From assembly GCA_964016885.1 (NCBI GenBank), contig OZ024757.1, positions 15,624,001-15,688,000 on the forward strand: 64,000 nt of DNA, read 5' to 3'. Position numbers and translations under genes: made by a program. Below, piece by piece: positions 62,957-64,000 of this stretch (its first letter is position 1; every line of letters begins with the position of its first letter). This stretch comes from Eledone cirrhosa. Lineage: Eukaryota. The notes under the pieces were generated by a model that was given only the letters and a program-made list of their open reading frames with translations, did no database searches and was not told the DNA's origin.

Positions 62957-63854
62957 ATATGCCAAACTTTAATTATATTAATAAATCTTACTAAATTCTT
63001 GATTATTTAATAAATTATTTGAAAATCATAGGCAGTAGGTTTCATTAGAAATATGGTAACAAAGGAGTTAATCTTACAGATGTATGTATGAACCAGTAAG
63101 TCCTGGTAGAGTTGAAGGGGTGATGTAGTGGTATATGGCATTTTGTGGGCTCTTTAAACCTGGCAAAGCCAGTTACTCTCCAGGTCTGAACAAAGCTGAT
63201 TTCTTCCAGAGAAATAGAGAGAGAAAGGAAATAAGAAAGAGATATACAGGAATAATCAACTCCAATACTGTACTGTCATTTTCTTTTTTTTTAGTCAAAG
63301 TCGGAAAGATGAAAAGCAAAGTTGTGCTTGGCAGAATTTGAACTCAGATTGCAGAGAGCCAGAATAAATACCATACTGCATTCTATCATACGCCACAATG
63401 ACTCTGCTATTTCGCTGCATTAACCTCTCAGAAAGAACAGTAAAATCAGTAAAAAATAAATTCAGACCATTTTTTCCTGTTTATAAAGAAATATGAAACA
63501 GTGAAGTTGTTGTTTTGATTCTACTATGTTATGGCATAAACTTATTTGTATTTTCAGGAGCAGCAAAAGAAATTGCTAATATTTAAATAGATTCTCTACT
63601 CAAAGACACATTAGTGTGTTATTGATTTTGTGAGGAATGGCTAGAAAGAAGTAGTGCAACAGTGAGGTTTTATGTCTCCAAATTGAAGTAGATCAGGAAA
63701 CAGAGATTGTTCAATATTACAACTAAATAAGCATATCTACACTTCATCTATATATCGCATAGGAGAGATATGGAAGAATGGAAGCAGCACACACACACAT
63801 ATATATTCTTATATGTATATGTATGTATATATGTGTATATATGTGTATATGTGC

Positions 63855-63891
<37 letters not shown>

Positions 63892-64000
63892 CAAGACATG
63901 GTCACATGACCTGGCTTTTCTCACAACAGAACAACTTGTCTAACCCATGCTACCATGGGAAATGGACGTTAAATGGTAGTGGTGGTGATGATTTTATATA

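Overview
AT-rich, microsatellite-dense eukaryotic DNA, probably intronic or intergenic sequence from an octopod cephalopod (inferred from the SINE types and repeat landscape, not proven). No host exon can be called with confidence. The long ORFs come from tandem arrays, microsatellites or LINE fragments. The window holds tRNA-headed CORE-type and Deu/Nin-type SINEs, 3' fragments of RTE, RTEX, Tx1/L1 and CR1-like LINEs, several MITEs, and four tandem arrays (112, 117, 132 and 47 bp units) grown from pieces of retroelements. The strongest signal is a dense set of short non-coding elements, mostly embedded in (TA)n, that carry type I hammerhead ribozyme folds. There are about a dozen copies from roughly 8-10 sequence families. 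Most are fold-backs made of two oppositely oriented copies of the 3' end. One family shows stem II and stem III covariation, and one intact hammerhead caps a ~130-bp hairpin. The architecture fits non-autonomous Penelope-like or retrozyme-like elements. A SINE that switched its LINE-derived tail can also be reconstructed entirely from copies in this window. All structures were read by eye and none was computed or tested.
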